Assembly (NCBI RefSeq): GCF_006345805.1
Contig: NW_021825323.1
Span: 868,001 to 932,000 of the forward strand
Source: Octopus sinensis
Lineage: Eukaryota
Direction: 5' to 3'
Length of the DNA: 64,000 nt
The position numbers and the translations under genes were made by a program. Below the pieces are notes generated by a model, which did no database searches, was not told where the DNA came from, and saw only the letters and a program-made list of their open reading frames with translations. Position 1 is the stretch's first letter; the number at the start of each line of letters is the position of its first letter. Below, piece by piece: positions 12,078 to 24,911 of the stretch.

Positions 12078-14350
12078 TCAGATGAGAACGTGTGAAGACA
12101 TTCAATTTGAATTGATAGGGGTTACTGTTCATTCTGGGAATTCGGAAGCGGGGCACTACTACTGCTTTATCAAAGATTTGACTCATTTCTTTCAGTGGTA
12201 TTCATTCAACGACTCTACAGTGACCATGTTCAACCCTAATGACATTCCTAGCGAGTGTTATGGGGGGATCCGCTATTAAAGTTCGGTTAATCCTCCACTC
12301 TTAGGGCAACAACGCTTATATGTTCTTTTGCTTGTTTATGTGCTGTAGATTGATCTGATTGCTATGTCAAGTCCCAATTTGTCCAATTTGATATGTCTTC
12401 TGTACAGAATTGCTTAACCCTCCTGTTCCTCAGATTAGACTTGATGCCAGATCGAATAAAATATTATTTATCATACCACGCAGCGTGGGAGAAAAGGATT
12501 GTATGTCTCCCATTTAATCACGACAGAGTCAAGTCACCGAGGAAATTGTTGCCAGTGTGAACGAAACTCTGACTATTATGATTAAATTAATATTCATAAC
12601 ATTCAGAGACAACGCGGAATGTATAACTACTCAGGCTGTCCAGCGCTTGGCATCCGATTTGAATGTATTGGGCGTTCTGACTTGTCTACTTAGGAGAGTA
12701 CATTTTTGTCAACCCTGATCAAGACGGGACAGAACCTGGAGATCGTGGCGGATATTTTTGCTTTGCTGATTAAAAGTCTTCTCGCCGTTTGGGATTTGAC
12801 TAAGGATTTGTTGGAGGGATTTGTGAAGGGACTCCGATCGTATATTTTCGATGTGTTTTCTTTCATTACTTATCTATCCGGTTAATTGGTTATAATTAGT
12901 GTAGAATTTGATAAAAATATAGTAGATGAAGTTGTCATTCCCAATTCAATTACGAAGAAATGTGTTCGTATTCGACTGCCCTTCCTCAGGAATGTATTTT
13001 ATCACTGCATAAAATTTTGACAAATCTTGTCCAATACATGCAATTCGTGAAAAACATATCGAGTAGTACGAATGTCTAATTTGTAGAGACCAATCACGAG
13101 TTTTTGTTTTATTACTTTAATCTCCTCACCTATTTCTCAGTGACGAGAGTAAAGAAGGAAATGGTATGGATTATATTCAATATGTAGTCCACAGAATATA
13201 CAAATATATTATATGATTTATTATATCCCGATATATTCCACTCTGAAATTCCCTGTGACTACGCCAAATGTGCAATCGTCGTGTATTGGGTGCATATTTG
13301 CACTGATTGTCCAACTAATGTCATTCGTGCTCTCCAGTGTCCATTGCTCTGCACTACTATTGACCAATGCCACATTTTGTCCACTCTTCGTGATTATTCG
13401 TAGAATTGACGAGGATGACTCGAATCAAGTCGAGTTTAATTTGTTTTTTATTCACTCCTATTATCGACTATTATTGCTCTTTTCCGAGAAATCTGAGACT
13501 GTGGCTGTGTTGTTGGCTCAATCAAGGGGAATTCGGTTAATTTACCAGATAATTGTCCCTCTCATGTCATATCCTGAGGTTTGATGAATTGATCTGATCC
13601 AGGCCATCGACGAACTGTGCTATCTTGTGATTCTACTAACTTTTGGCTATCCTTAACAATGCACTTACAGTTGCCAATTTAATGAATTTATAATTTACAT
13701 GACCACAACCATCCTTCCTCTATATGCCTCAAAGCATGTTTGGGCTATGTTTATAAGGTGTTTTCAGTTGTGCAGAATAATAGATTTTCAGATATTCTCT
13801 TCACTACGAACGCGAATCTCAAGTTGTTTTTGAGTAATGAAGATTTTAAGGATTTGTCTCAGATTTTTCATCTTCAAATGTTCAAAGACTCCACGGACGT
13901 GTACTTTCACCCTAAATCCGGCGAGGCTGAGGGATTGCTGAATATAATTTCTCTGTTTTCTGATTCACTTGTTGTAATCAAGGAAATGGTAGGCTTTTAC
14001 GGTCTGTTCCACATTTTGATATTTCCAGATGAGGATTATATGGATATTTTGTTCCGCGGGGATCAGAATTTAATCGCAATGTGCGTTAACCTACTCAGTG
14101 GGTATACTTTTGCCACAATCCGATCATCCACACTCGGTATTGCATTTTTTACATTCTAGAAATGCTGCAGCATGTTGTTGATTTGTACCAAATTGAATTT
14201 GTGGATCATCTCGCTAAGTTACTCTTGAATCTCCACAACCGGCTTGATGAATTTTTACTTTATTCCGGTCCTGAGCCAAAGAAGAGAAGAAAATTGTCAG
14301 TTCCGACGTTGAATATAAAAAGAAAAACTCTGGAGAAAGAGCAAGAATAA
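12078..14350 (+). pseudogene. 5'-truncated, degraded ubiquitin-specific protease (USP34/USP24/USP9-like)
   Basis: His box FELIGVTVHSGNSEAGHYYCFIKD...WYSFNDSTV...ECYGG followed by broken exon-like ORFs; no Cys box seen upstream. Confidence 0.65.
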
Positions 14351-14354
14351 TCTC

Positions 14355-14600
14355 CTTAATAAACGAAAGAATTATGGTGATTAAAAAGAGATTGTCTACG
14401 TACGAGACAAGAAAAGGGTTCCGACTAGATAATCACCAATTTGAGCTCAATCGGAAAGCTTTTTACAGAGGATTGAAGGAAGTAACACTGAAAACCTTAT
14501 CCAACTGGATAGTGAAGAGTGTGGAACATATTGGGAGAATATCTGGCGGAAAAAACAGTTGAGTGGTCAGATTGTGGAGATTGAGAAAAGGATGACTGGA
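14355..14600 (+). mobile_element. R4-like non-LTR fragment (pre-RT region)
   Basis: RKGFRLDNHQFELNRKAFYRGL matches RKDFQKDNACFELNRRRFYRNL at ~59150-59220. Confidence 0.65.
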
Positions 14601-14792
14601 GTAGAAGGCGTAACAGTTTAAAACAGTCCATTGTTTGTATTTGATGAAAAAATTAATCCTAGCAGTATGTAAGATGAATTAAATTTAATTTATATTGTTC
14701 ATTACTGAGTACAATCAAACATTGTAAATTCAGTTTTTTGTGAATTTGTAATTTAAGCAAAACACAGCACAATTAGTAAATCAAACTTAATA

Positions 14793-15682
14793 TGTCACAT
14801 GCCCTGTTCGTTACCATGCCCCGCTCGTTACCATTGCTCTAAATTTTTAAAGTTTCAATTTAAAATATTTAAATGATTGAAATATATTTACTTATTAATT
14901 TAAAAATTAATAATATTATGGATTTTTATTTTTTCAATGCTTAACCATTATCATTAAAAAACAATAAATTAAGCATGCTGTTTTATCTCATGGTTATGGT
15001 TAGGGTATAGGTTAGGGTTAGGGTATAGGTTAGGGTTAGGGTGAAGGTTAGGGTTTGGGTGAAGGTTAGGGTTTGGGTGAAGGTTAGGGTTTGGGTGAAG
15101 GTTAGGGTGAAGGTTAGGGAATTGGTTGGGTTTAGGGTTTGAAAAAATTTAAAGTAGAATTTTCGAATGGAGATACAAAGATTGTTCACATGAAAGAATC
15201 AAAAAAGGACAAATTTAATTTTTCGTTTTAAACTTCAGATCTATATATGATTTTAAACTAAAAAACTGGATAAAGTTTGAGTTTTTTATAAGAGATCTAC
15301 AGATGATTTTAAACCTTTATCTTTTTACATTTCAAAAAATGTTTTAAATAAAACTAAAAACTGGTTAGAGTTAATTATAAAACTATCAAATTATGTGCCT
15401 TTAAAGCGTTTCACACAATTCACATTTTTAAAATATGTTTTAATGTGCTTATCAGTCAAAATGGTTTGTTGTATAAAAATATTATTTTAATTTATTTGTT
15501 TTAAAGCATCTTTTAGTATATCATTAAATTGTACTCTAATTAACCTAATATATAGGTTGAATTTTATGTCGTTGTGATTGATTATTAATTTTTCTAAAAA
15601 ATTGAAAAATCATTAATCAATTATTCTCAGAAATAATTCGGAGGTAACGAGTGGGGCATAGTAATCCCTGAGGCATGTGACA
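14793..15682. mobile_element. 890-bp non-autonomous TIR element (TGTC...GACA, Ginger-like) containing a telomere-like array
   Basis: ~40-bp imperfect TIR tgtcacatgcc...atgcccc.ctcgttacc; 5-bp TSD TAATA at 14788-14792 and 15683-15687. Confidence 0.9.
14992..15140 (+). repeat. Interstitial TTAGGG-variant hexamer array with 18-bp higher-order unit
   Basis: GGTTAG, GGTATA, GGTGAA and GGTTTG units in 6-nt phase; (GGTTAG GGTTTG GGTGAA) x3. Confidence 0.95.
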
Positions 15683-15899
15683 TAATAAGACATATGTTGA
15701 TAAAACTGCATTAAAAATTAAACTGTCACGACTAATAAATTTCTTTTAATTACGGAAGTCATGGTTTAAAAAAGATGATCAATAAAATTTCTCAGTTTTG
15801 TATAGGTGATTTTGTAATTTTTTCAAAATCTCATTAGTTATTAATCTTGTTGAGAGGCAATTCTATATTTATTTGTTAAATTGTATAAATTCTTAGTTT

Positions 15900-16813
15900 T
15901 GGGGTATTATTATTCATATGAATACTTTGGCAAACGTAAGTGCGGTCTGAAAATACCATTAGTTTGGTCACGAAAACAGTAAACTATATCAGAGGTCATC
16001 CCCTCAATCACCGGCAGTTTAGTAAACTGCTGACAGATATTAATAATCAGTTCAGCGACATTTCTTTTTATACTCCGGTCCGCTGGTTATCACTTCACAA
16101 AGTTGTTAAAAGATTTTATTTGTTGAGATCGAAAATAATTTTATTTATGGAGATGAAAGGGCAAAACACAGGCGAAATTAAAAGTCAATCTTGGATCAAA
16201 GATTTGGCATTTGCAGTGGATATTACCACACATATGTAACTCAGTTGTCAGATCACACCAAGTGTTTTATTTTGAAAATAAAATTATGGAAGTTTCAGCT
16301 ATTAAATGAAGATTTATCTCATTTTCCTACGTGCAAAGAGCTCAGGAGTACTGTTGATGCACATAATGTAATGAATTTTTCTCAGTATGAAAGACAACTA
16401 GAATCGTTGTAAAGGAATTTCAAGAAAGATTTAATATTTTTTCGTCTTAAAAACTTTAAAAAGTTTGCGACAAAAATCATTGCTATGTTTGGTTTGACAT
16501 ATGTGTGTGAACAGCTTTTTTCATTTATGAAATTGACAAAAACTGCTCAAAGAACAAGATTAACTGATTAACATTTATCCTCTTTAATAAAAGTCGGAAC
16601 TACACGAATAACTCAGCCTGACATATCAAAAAATGTATCTAAAAAAGATGTTAATCCTCTGAAGCAGATCTCACCAAAATTAAAAGGCGATGATTGAATA
16701 ATTTAGTTTTTCTTATTTTGGTTATTCATCATAATAAATATCAAAATTAATTTTCCCTTAATGAGAAATTATTATAAATGCTGCCCTCGAAGCGAAATGA
16801 GTTTGACACCCCT
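15900..16813 (+). mobile_element. Degraded SPIN/GTF2IRD2-like hAT, 3' half with right end
   Basis: VNYIRGHPLNHRQF, VRWLS, WIKDLAFAVDIT, MFGLTYVCEQLFS; terminus gagtttgacacccctg followed by gtctatag. Confidence 0.85.
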
Positions 16814-17839
16814 GGTCTATAGAATATTGGCCAGTGCTCATTTTATATTTTTTGCATGAATCGAGACTAGTATATGTAAAACGTCGACAAACCTGTTTTG
16901 ATGTCAATAATTTTAAATAAATTAATATAGAATAAAAGAAAAAAAACATATATGACCACGAGTGCAAGATTTCTTGCTCTCAAGTACGAGATTACTCTAA
17001 ATTGGATGTTAACCTTATTAAGGATTGTCATGAGAGAAAACTAATGGATGCATTAAATCCCAACTCAACAAATGCATGCAGAAATCACATGTAAATATTC
17101 GGGAGTCCAGCGTATTGCTAATTAATGGAAATAATTGTCCAAAGGCTGAGAAAAAAACTTTGCATGCGATCATTGTGGTTCGAGAAAAAAATATGGATTA
17201 TTTAACTACATGATGTAAATGATATGTGTCGCCAATTCGAAATAAAAAAAGCAAAAGATCAAAAACACACTTCTGTCAACTGTGACAAATTATAGTGCTG
17301 AAATAAGAGTAAACATGGCATTGCAAATCAAGCAGATTTTGATTCTACCAGAAATGAATTTCCTTAAGTCATGAAGTCAGGATTATCTAAACAAAGTTAG
17401 GATGTCAGTAATCCTCAACTAGAGAGCAGTCACGAGATCTTAGTCAAAATTGTGCCAATCGTTCGGGGATTATCCCCAATGATTGGGATGGTGAATTGTT
17501 TCACATAAGTTATCTGTGCCCCCCTCTCCTGGATACTTCCAGTTCCCTCTGTTTCTCAATAATTCCCTCAGAAACTCGAAATCTTCTGCCGATGTATACT
17601 TTTTCCCATTACAGTTAGGTCTTGATATCAACCCTTTCGCATTTCATGTAAATTCAGTTTTTTGTAAACTCATAATTTGAAAACTGCACTAAAAATTAAA
17701 CTGTCGCGACTAATAAATTAAACATAGAAAAGTAAGATTGGTTTTACGAACATTTGCATTAATCTGTGTAATAATAATGGTTTATAAATTAATTGAAGAA
17801 ATAACTAATTATAATAATAAAATACAAATACCACACGTG

Positions 17840-20311
17840 ATGCTTCGTGGAAGGAAGTTGGTGTTTGATGACCCAGGGAGTTGCCTAAACCAAGCCAAAG
17901 GTATAATATTGAGTCAATGTAGATTTGTACGAACTGAAGCGAGTGGAGCAATCGCTATCAACAGTGCTGGAGTTTGTTCAGCAAAGGAGACACCGTGAGT
18001 GGAGTGTGGAAATAGAGAAGCTAATTTCATTCGTGTTGGAAGTGAGCTATGAATTGAAGAATGTGAGTGGAGTGAGGAGTGCGACAGTCCATTTTAAGAA
18101 CATATGTCAGCAAGTGTAGTGGTGTGTAATGTGTAGACTCACATCGAGTCACTGAAAGGAGTGTTGTTGACATTCCTGGAGTGGTGTGAGGAGGAGATGG
18201 AGAAGGAGTGTGGAGAGAGTAGAAGTGTGGGCTACGTGGTGGTATGTTACCAAAACATTCTGGAAATCCTATCGGGGGACACTCGGATGGTGTGTGTGTA
18301 CCACAATGTGGCACAGAAAGGTAGTAGTGGAGTGTGTGAGGGCAGGGGTACTGTTGTGTGTCAAATATGAACGAAGGAGAGAGTTGCGGCGTATTTGTTA
18401 TGCTGTATTTACACATTCTTATGATAGATTCACGCACATGTCAAGAAGCGGAAGGGAGGGGAGGACAAAGTGTTGTTGGACACGTATATGGAGATACTCC
18501 AGTGCGCCACACGGCTGGGGATGTCGCAGGTGGGTGTCCTCACTCACCCCAGGAAGCATTCAAGGCCGCTGAGGAAATAAGCAGACTGTGTCCCACTGGC
18601 CGCCTCAAAGTGCGTTATTACAGGGCACTCAGTCAAATACTGCAGTGGGGTGCCTACAACTATAATGCCTACGTCCATCTCGAAATGCTCAAAATACAGC
18701 GCAGACATGCCTCCCCTGACGACTTGGCATTGTATTCCCCTCATTCACTCAGGTTGGCTTCCCAGACTGTCTGCGCTCTCCTCTGCATTCCCCCCTGGCA
18801 CACACACAACAACATTCTCTCTCTCCTCCCCGACTGCCAACATCCCCCCACTCGCCATGAGTTGACTCGAGCTATTGTATTCCTCTCTCTCATTCCAGAC
18901 TGCCGAGAATGTCGAATCACTCGTCTACCCTCCTTTGAAGGGCTTTCTCCCCCAAATGGACGATCTTGTCCCCCCTCCCCTCTTCCTACACAGGCTGGTT
19001 GACAGACTCGACTTTATACGTACTCACCCTCTCCTCACTGTCTTCCACGACACAATACTCCACATGTCCATTGCCCATTATATCCTCAAGTTGTGTCATG
19101 TTTATGACACTATTCACTTGCACTACCTCCAATGTCTGTCTGACTATATCGGCCACTCTCCTCTCCTTACTCTCATCGCCCAACTGTCCCATCGACTGGA
19201 CAATATTGTAGTCCTCCCACACTGACCCACAGATCATAATCCACGACCACTCCCTCAGCATCCCACACACCCCACACACTGACCAGTTGACCAACATGGC
19301 ACAACTACTCAATCGAGTCATCTCACAATTCCCCCACCGTCCACACGAACCACCACACGCCGCTGTCGAACGATACAATCAACAAGAGAAACAAGAACGA
19401 GAAAATATGGCACAACGACTGGCCATTCTCAAGAACATGGACAAGGCTAATAAGGAGGTATTACTCTTCCTTATTGGTTGGTGGTGGCAGTCCCCGACAA
19501 GCCTAAAAAAGTGGTGATGGACATTCCCAAACAGTTCATGCGCGAGTCAGTCCTCCCTGTCGAGGAGTCGTCCGAGGGGCAGTCCGCCATTCTTACCAAA
19601 ATCCGTCTGGCCAATGTCCGAGAGAAAATAACCAACCTCAAAGCCACCAAACTCGCCCCCAAGTTGGTGGAGTGGCTCGAGTCGGGCAAAGTCAACTTGG
19701 AGACCGTCGAATTGAGTTGGATCTCCGCACAAGTCTCGGAGGAAGTGCGGCAGGAGAGTGAGAACATTTGTCGACGCCAGAATGACTTGGATGCCACCAT
19801 CCGCTATTACTCACACGTCCTCCGCACTACTGAATGTGAGGAGTACAAAGAACGTGTCTTTCAGTCATATCCTCCTTTTTATGAAGATTCGTTGGGGAGT
19901 CGGGTGTCCTCCTTGGTTATCGTTGATTAACTATTTTTAGGTTGCCGCTAAAAATAGGGCTGTGGAAGAGCAGATCGATCGTCTGCGGAGTCTTGAGTCA
20001 TTTTGTCTGCCGTTTGTGGACTTTTTAGGCGAAATGAGACGTGCCCGATTGGAGGTTGGAGTACATTCTGATGTCAGGCAGAACTTGTCGTCTTTGCGGA
20101 GGCCTGTGATTTGGCCAGAGTAAACGCCCTGAAGGGACGGAAAGAGCAGAGGAAAGCCCAAAGGAAGGAAAAGTGGGAGGAAAAGGAGGGTCTGCGTCGT
20201 GGGGCGGGGGCGAGTGGTGCTTTCGTGGAGTCGGGTGATCGGAGACCCAATGGAATTTCGCGGAGTGGGAGGACTGGGTTTGATAAGCGTGAGGTCGACC
20301 AATTTGAGTGA
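17840..20311 (+). CDS. EIF3A: Eukaryotic translation initiation factor 3 subunit A, divergent and shortened, many tiny introns
   Basis: Spliced RRHREWSVEIEKLI...HFKNICQQ, YQNILEIL...YHNVAQK...CVKYERRRELRRIC and MSQEAFKAAEEI align with the eIF3a N-terminal/PCI region; charged coiled-coil tail. Confidence 0.85.
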
Positions 20312-21009
20312 GCTATATGTTTGTATGTGTAGAGTCATCGGCCAGAGAAGAAAGAATATGAACTCTTAGTGACACTTTATATTTTTTAGAGACGCGGGAT
20401 TCTTTTATGTTTACTCTCTATTTGTTGTAATAAAATAACACTTACATTATTTGCTCTGCAAACTGATAGGGACATTTGTGATTTGATACTTTTACATACT
20501 CGCAATTTTTACTTGCTAAATTAGACTATCTTCGTTGATGATGACAAATTTTACTGAATGGGTTTTTAATTTTTCTATGGTGTCTGAGGTAGAAGATGTC
20601 AAGCATTTGTCCACACCTTGTTGCAAAGTGATAAACGGTCTTTTAGATTAGTTGCAGTTGCTGCATCTATTGTTTCCGTTATTGAAAAACTAGTTTTCAT
20701 CTTGCAGTAAGCACAGCGGCGGATTGTTTCCATAGGCAAGCTACCCACTAGATTTATTGACATCAACTTCAGCATTCAACAAAATAGAGTGCAAGGGCTT
20801 CTTTTTAGTAAATATTCACGTTGGATTTTCATCAAATTCGTTATTGTCAATCCATTTATATTTTCAGCATTGTATTTTTAAGGTACAAATGTTTTCTTTA
20901 AATAAGTGAGTCGCAGAATTCCTCTTCTATTTAGACAAAATTTGCTTTATGTTTCAAAGTCACCAAAAAGTGACTCCGGGCCTCTTCTGAATTCATTTCT
21001 TAAAGTTAG

Positions 21010-21435
21010 TTACTTAGTTACCCCGGCTTCTCTAGCATGTAGGAAGCCGGCTGCAATCAGGTAGCGGACAGCGGCGATCGGGCGCTCCCAGAGATCCCGA
21101 ATCCCAATAGGTGGCGACTGGTGAGGCGGTCCAGGACAGGAAAAAAGGTCTTCAGGGGCGAGGGTGCGGAGTGTTTCGAAAAAGAGTGGATGATGTCCCG
21201 AGCGAAGTCGAGCAAGCTGGACACGGAAGTACCTGTCGAGTGATTGCTCTGAAGGATGGACTGGTGGCGGAGGAGAATCAAGGAGTTTGTTATTTTTAAG
21301 CATCCTGATAGCACGAGTTGAGATGTAATCGTGAATTAATTTCTTCCCAGTTTTCCCATTGTTCTTTAAGAGTATTTTTGAGAGAGGTCTGCATTGATCG
21401 GCTAGAGTAGTGATAATATGTCTTTGATCGGCCAT
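21010..21435 (-). mobile_element. Jockey/I-like LINE 3' fragment
   Basis: PPPVHPSEQSLDRYFRVQLARLRSGHHP...DLWERPIAAVRYL. Confidence 0.7.
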
Positions 21436-21555
21436 CCTGGACTTAATGGAATCTATATCAGTTCAATAAGATTTTATGTTAATTGAAAAAGTTTTTAAAT
21501 TTGGAAAAATGACCCAGAATTTAAAGAAAGTTATATGTGATGAGAAAAGTTTCAA

Positions 21556-22110
21556 TTAAAAATGATCCCAAATCAAAAAAAAGTCCCCTGTGGATCTTCC
21601 TTCACGGAATCCCCATTGTACGGACGAAAGCAGATTTTGTGATTCTAGATAACAAGAAAGTCTGTTAAAGACAATATTTTCCATAGTTTTGGAGAAAGCA
21701 CAAATCAGACTAATCGGCCAATAGTTCATTGCTAGCAGTTTCGGTTTATCAGATTTTGGTATCATTCAAACGATCGTACATTTCCATGTCGATGAAACAT
21801 GTCCAGCTGGCGTCAAACATCATAGTCAGTGCTTGCATCACAAGTTCAGACGCCTTCTTCAACAATATCAGACGAATATAGTCGAAACCAGATGATTTGT
21901 TCTTCAACCCGGCTATTGCCTTTTCAACCTTCACTTGTGTTATCGTTCCACATAATGGTCCTTCTAACAACTGCGAAGAGTTGAGTTTCTTCACAATCCT
22001 GTCATACGTCCGTCGTGAAACGGAGGAATCGATCTCTTGTACCCGACTGAGTTGGTCCCTGAGTGCATCCGGGACGAGATCAGAGCGGATGTATTTACTA
22101 TCTTGAGTCC
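21556..22110 (-). mobile_element. LINE reverse transcriptase N-terminal fragment
   Basis: IPKSDKP...NYWPISLICAFSKTMENIV..RL....QWGFREGRST. Confidence 0.85.
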
Positions 22111-22217
22111 CTTGGCATTATTTTTGCTAAGATGTTGGTATATTTTCCAGAAATTAGGATTTCGTTAATCCCAAACCGAATTTTAATAAAAACGAGTCCT
22201 AAATGTACAAGAACGTT

Positions 22218-23950
22218 CTTATGTATATCTTCTATAAACTAAATTAAAAAGAGTTTTAAGTCAAAATGATATTTTCTTGGTTATGGTAAATTTCATTTAA
22301 TGGAAAACAAGACTTGTGGAGATTGAAAAGGTCGCTAGGTGCTAAAGACTTATTTTAGTCTCCCTTGTTTTTAAAATAATCCTAAAAATGAAGACGCTTA
22401 TAATTTTCTCCTAGCGCTAATTATGAACTATGTCTAAAGAAATGTACTAACCCGAAGTAATCTCTCTGAGTAAAAATAGAGATGAACGGCTTGTCTGAAC
22501 TCAAGCCCGTTAGCCTCGAAGAACCCAAAGATACGAAATAAAACAAATTTTCTCATTCAGTTGTAACCTCCCCTCTTCTATGACGTGGTGGTTGTGATTT
22601 AAAATCCATTTAACCATCCGAGTAGTTTCATTAATGTCAATGTAAATAGGTCAATCAGAGATTTTTATTGTCAACTAGGTCATCATAATTTGAATTTTTA
22701 TTGATATAATTCAAAGAAAAACCGAATTTTAATTAAAACAAGTCCCAAAATTAGCGATAGATATGTATTTTGATGTCTAGGTCAAATGGAGGATAGCGGA
22801 TTTCTTCACAGGGATAATTCACCAGTTTAAAATCACTGTCATAATAAAAATAGACTTGATTAATGACATTCTGATGGTTGGTAACAACCTTCACAGTAAC
22901 TCCATACGACTTAAAAATTGCTTCTTCAAAACGAATACGCTAAATCTTAAGGATTGCAATCAAACCGAATAACTTTCTTCTTTTGACGGAATAATTCCGA
23001 AATCAGAAAGTTTTCTAGAATATATTAGACGATAACTTAACTCGTCTAAATTAATTTCCTTGCGCAATTCCAACACTTTACTGAAATATTTCAGTTCTCC
23101 ATCAAGAATTTCTTTAAAATGCCGTCCATGTTTATTCCATTCATGTTCCCTGAGTTTAATTTAACTTGATAATTACCAAAACATTTCATTCGGATGATTT
23201 TTTAGGTCGCTAGAAAAATATTTCTCTAGTTCTTTTTTTATTGGCTAAAAATTGATTTATTGAAACAGTACATTTAATTTAACAATAGAAAATGGACATG
23301 TCCCTTCAGGACTGAGATTTTTAAAGAACCAGAGGCCGTGAATAGTCCACGTTGATGATTCCGATTTTATGTAATCTTTATTCTTATTGATTATAACATA
23401 TTAAGTAAACTTCAGCATAACCAGGCTGCCACTGTAAGGCATAGACATATGATACAGAATTCATTCTAGATTAAAATTATGATAATTAATTTTTAGCATC
23501 TTTTTTAAATAATTTCTATGAACAAAACTAATCAACCCAATTTATGCAGCTAATGTATACGTTTGAATATTGTTATTTCGTTTTAGGTTATCCTAATGAA
23601 TTTTTTAGATAAAATTTATGGTTAATTTTTAATAAAAACTTATTTTTATTCTAGATTTTAAAGAATTGACTAATTTTAGTTAATCGAGAAATATGAATTC
23701 CATGCAACCCCTCCCAGTCCTTTTTATCGATAAAATAAAGATCATTTGTTCGTTCGACAATATACTTATTAACATCAAGTCCATCGTACAGTGGATACTG
23801 CCAAACATTGGCATCGTTGTACTGTTTATAAATTAATTTGACGTTGAGACATTAAAAGCACAACATTTACATTTTCTTCGTCGCATTTCCATTTTCTGTT
23901 TTAAACATTTTTTCCCCTGCAATAATTAAATTTTATAATCCAATATCTTA
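22218..23950 (+). repeat. Segmental duplication, copy A (copy B at ~34586-36561)
   Basis: Colinear high identity from ttatgtatatcttctataaa to caatatctt; copy B has a ~200-bp deletion and a SINE insertion. Confidence 0.95.
22751..23464 (-). CDS. Ribonuclease T2 family protein (copy A), 5 tiny introns
   Basis: Spliced MNSVSYVYALQWQPGYAE...TWTIHGLW (CAS I)...FWEHEWNKHG (CAS II)...QVYFYYDSDFKLVNYP; start codon uncertain. Confidence 0.88.
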
Positions 23951-24330
23951 ACCATCTTGTATCACAATGTAAAGATAGACATAGATTGCATCGACTTATT
24001 GAATTAATAATTTTCCCTCGCAGTGATGCAATTGTTGTAGATCTGGACGAATTGATGAAGTCTTTCAAAATTTTATGTTGTGACAAAAAATATCTTTTTA
24101 ATTGTTCAACTTTCTCTTTTCGTATTAAGGAATTTAAGAAAAGTCTTGGTTGAACTCTGGATGTAATGAATTAAAATACCGACAAAGATTTCCTCTTTTA
24201 GGTAATGAAATAATTTTATTCCATATCATACGTGTGCATTTTTTCATGTTTATCGTAAAAATATAGTCTTCTTCCCATTTGGCATTAAATTTATATGATT
24301 TGGACGACTTTTTGTTACACCTCATTATCT
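23840..24330 (-). mobile_element. Degraded, internally deleted hAT transposase fragment
   Basis: FNAKWEEDYIF...NLCRYFNSLH (BED-like) and LHCDTRWL. Confidence 0.65.
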
Positions 24331-24911
24331 TTTGCTCAAAATAAATTATCTTTTACGACCATAAAAAATTTATTCCGTCATGCTCAATGAATAAAATGTG
24401 AAACAGTCACAATCAATAGTGAATTTAAGAAGTACAAATATAATTATGAAGAAATAAATAAGAAATTTTTAAATTAACGATCTAATATCTTATAGTGAAT
24501 TTGGTGATTAGGGATATACTGAAAATAAAGAACTATAGAATCATTGTATATAAAAGGAAAAGAAGATTATAAAAATATCAAATCACTAATTATTGTACAT
24601 GTCAACTAAATTATCTAATAATTAGATTCTAATTAAAAGTCCTGATCGTCACTGATTTCCCTCTTTCGCTTGGAAAAAGAATTTGCCACAAAATTCATCT
24701 CTTTTTTCATTTCTACGGTAATTTTTTTTCAGCTGAGTGTCCTCTTCGATTTATATTTCAAGTTCATGTTTCAATTTTAAAATATTATTTTGACTGGTCT
24801 AAAAATTGGCGGATTAGAGAGGTTTTAATGCACTGGAATAACTAATGATTAAAAGATGAAAAATGCTTTTATAAATTAAAAATAAAATATTTCGTAGTCA
24901 TAGTTCCCACA

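Noticed and set aside
14992-15140. True chromosome end or telomere fusion
   Set aside because: Short, degenerate, single orientation and enclosed by TIRs with a TSD
14983-15189. ORF with TLTFTQ repeats
   Set aside because: Translation of the telomere-like hexamer array
18027-20338. Many overlapping ORFs suggesting a viral or foreign insert
   Set aside because: They are eIF3a exons and their shadows; introns are host-type
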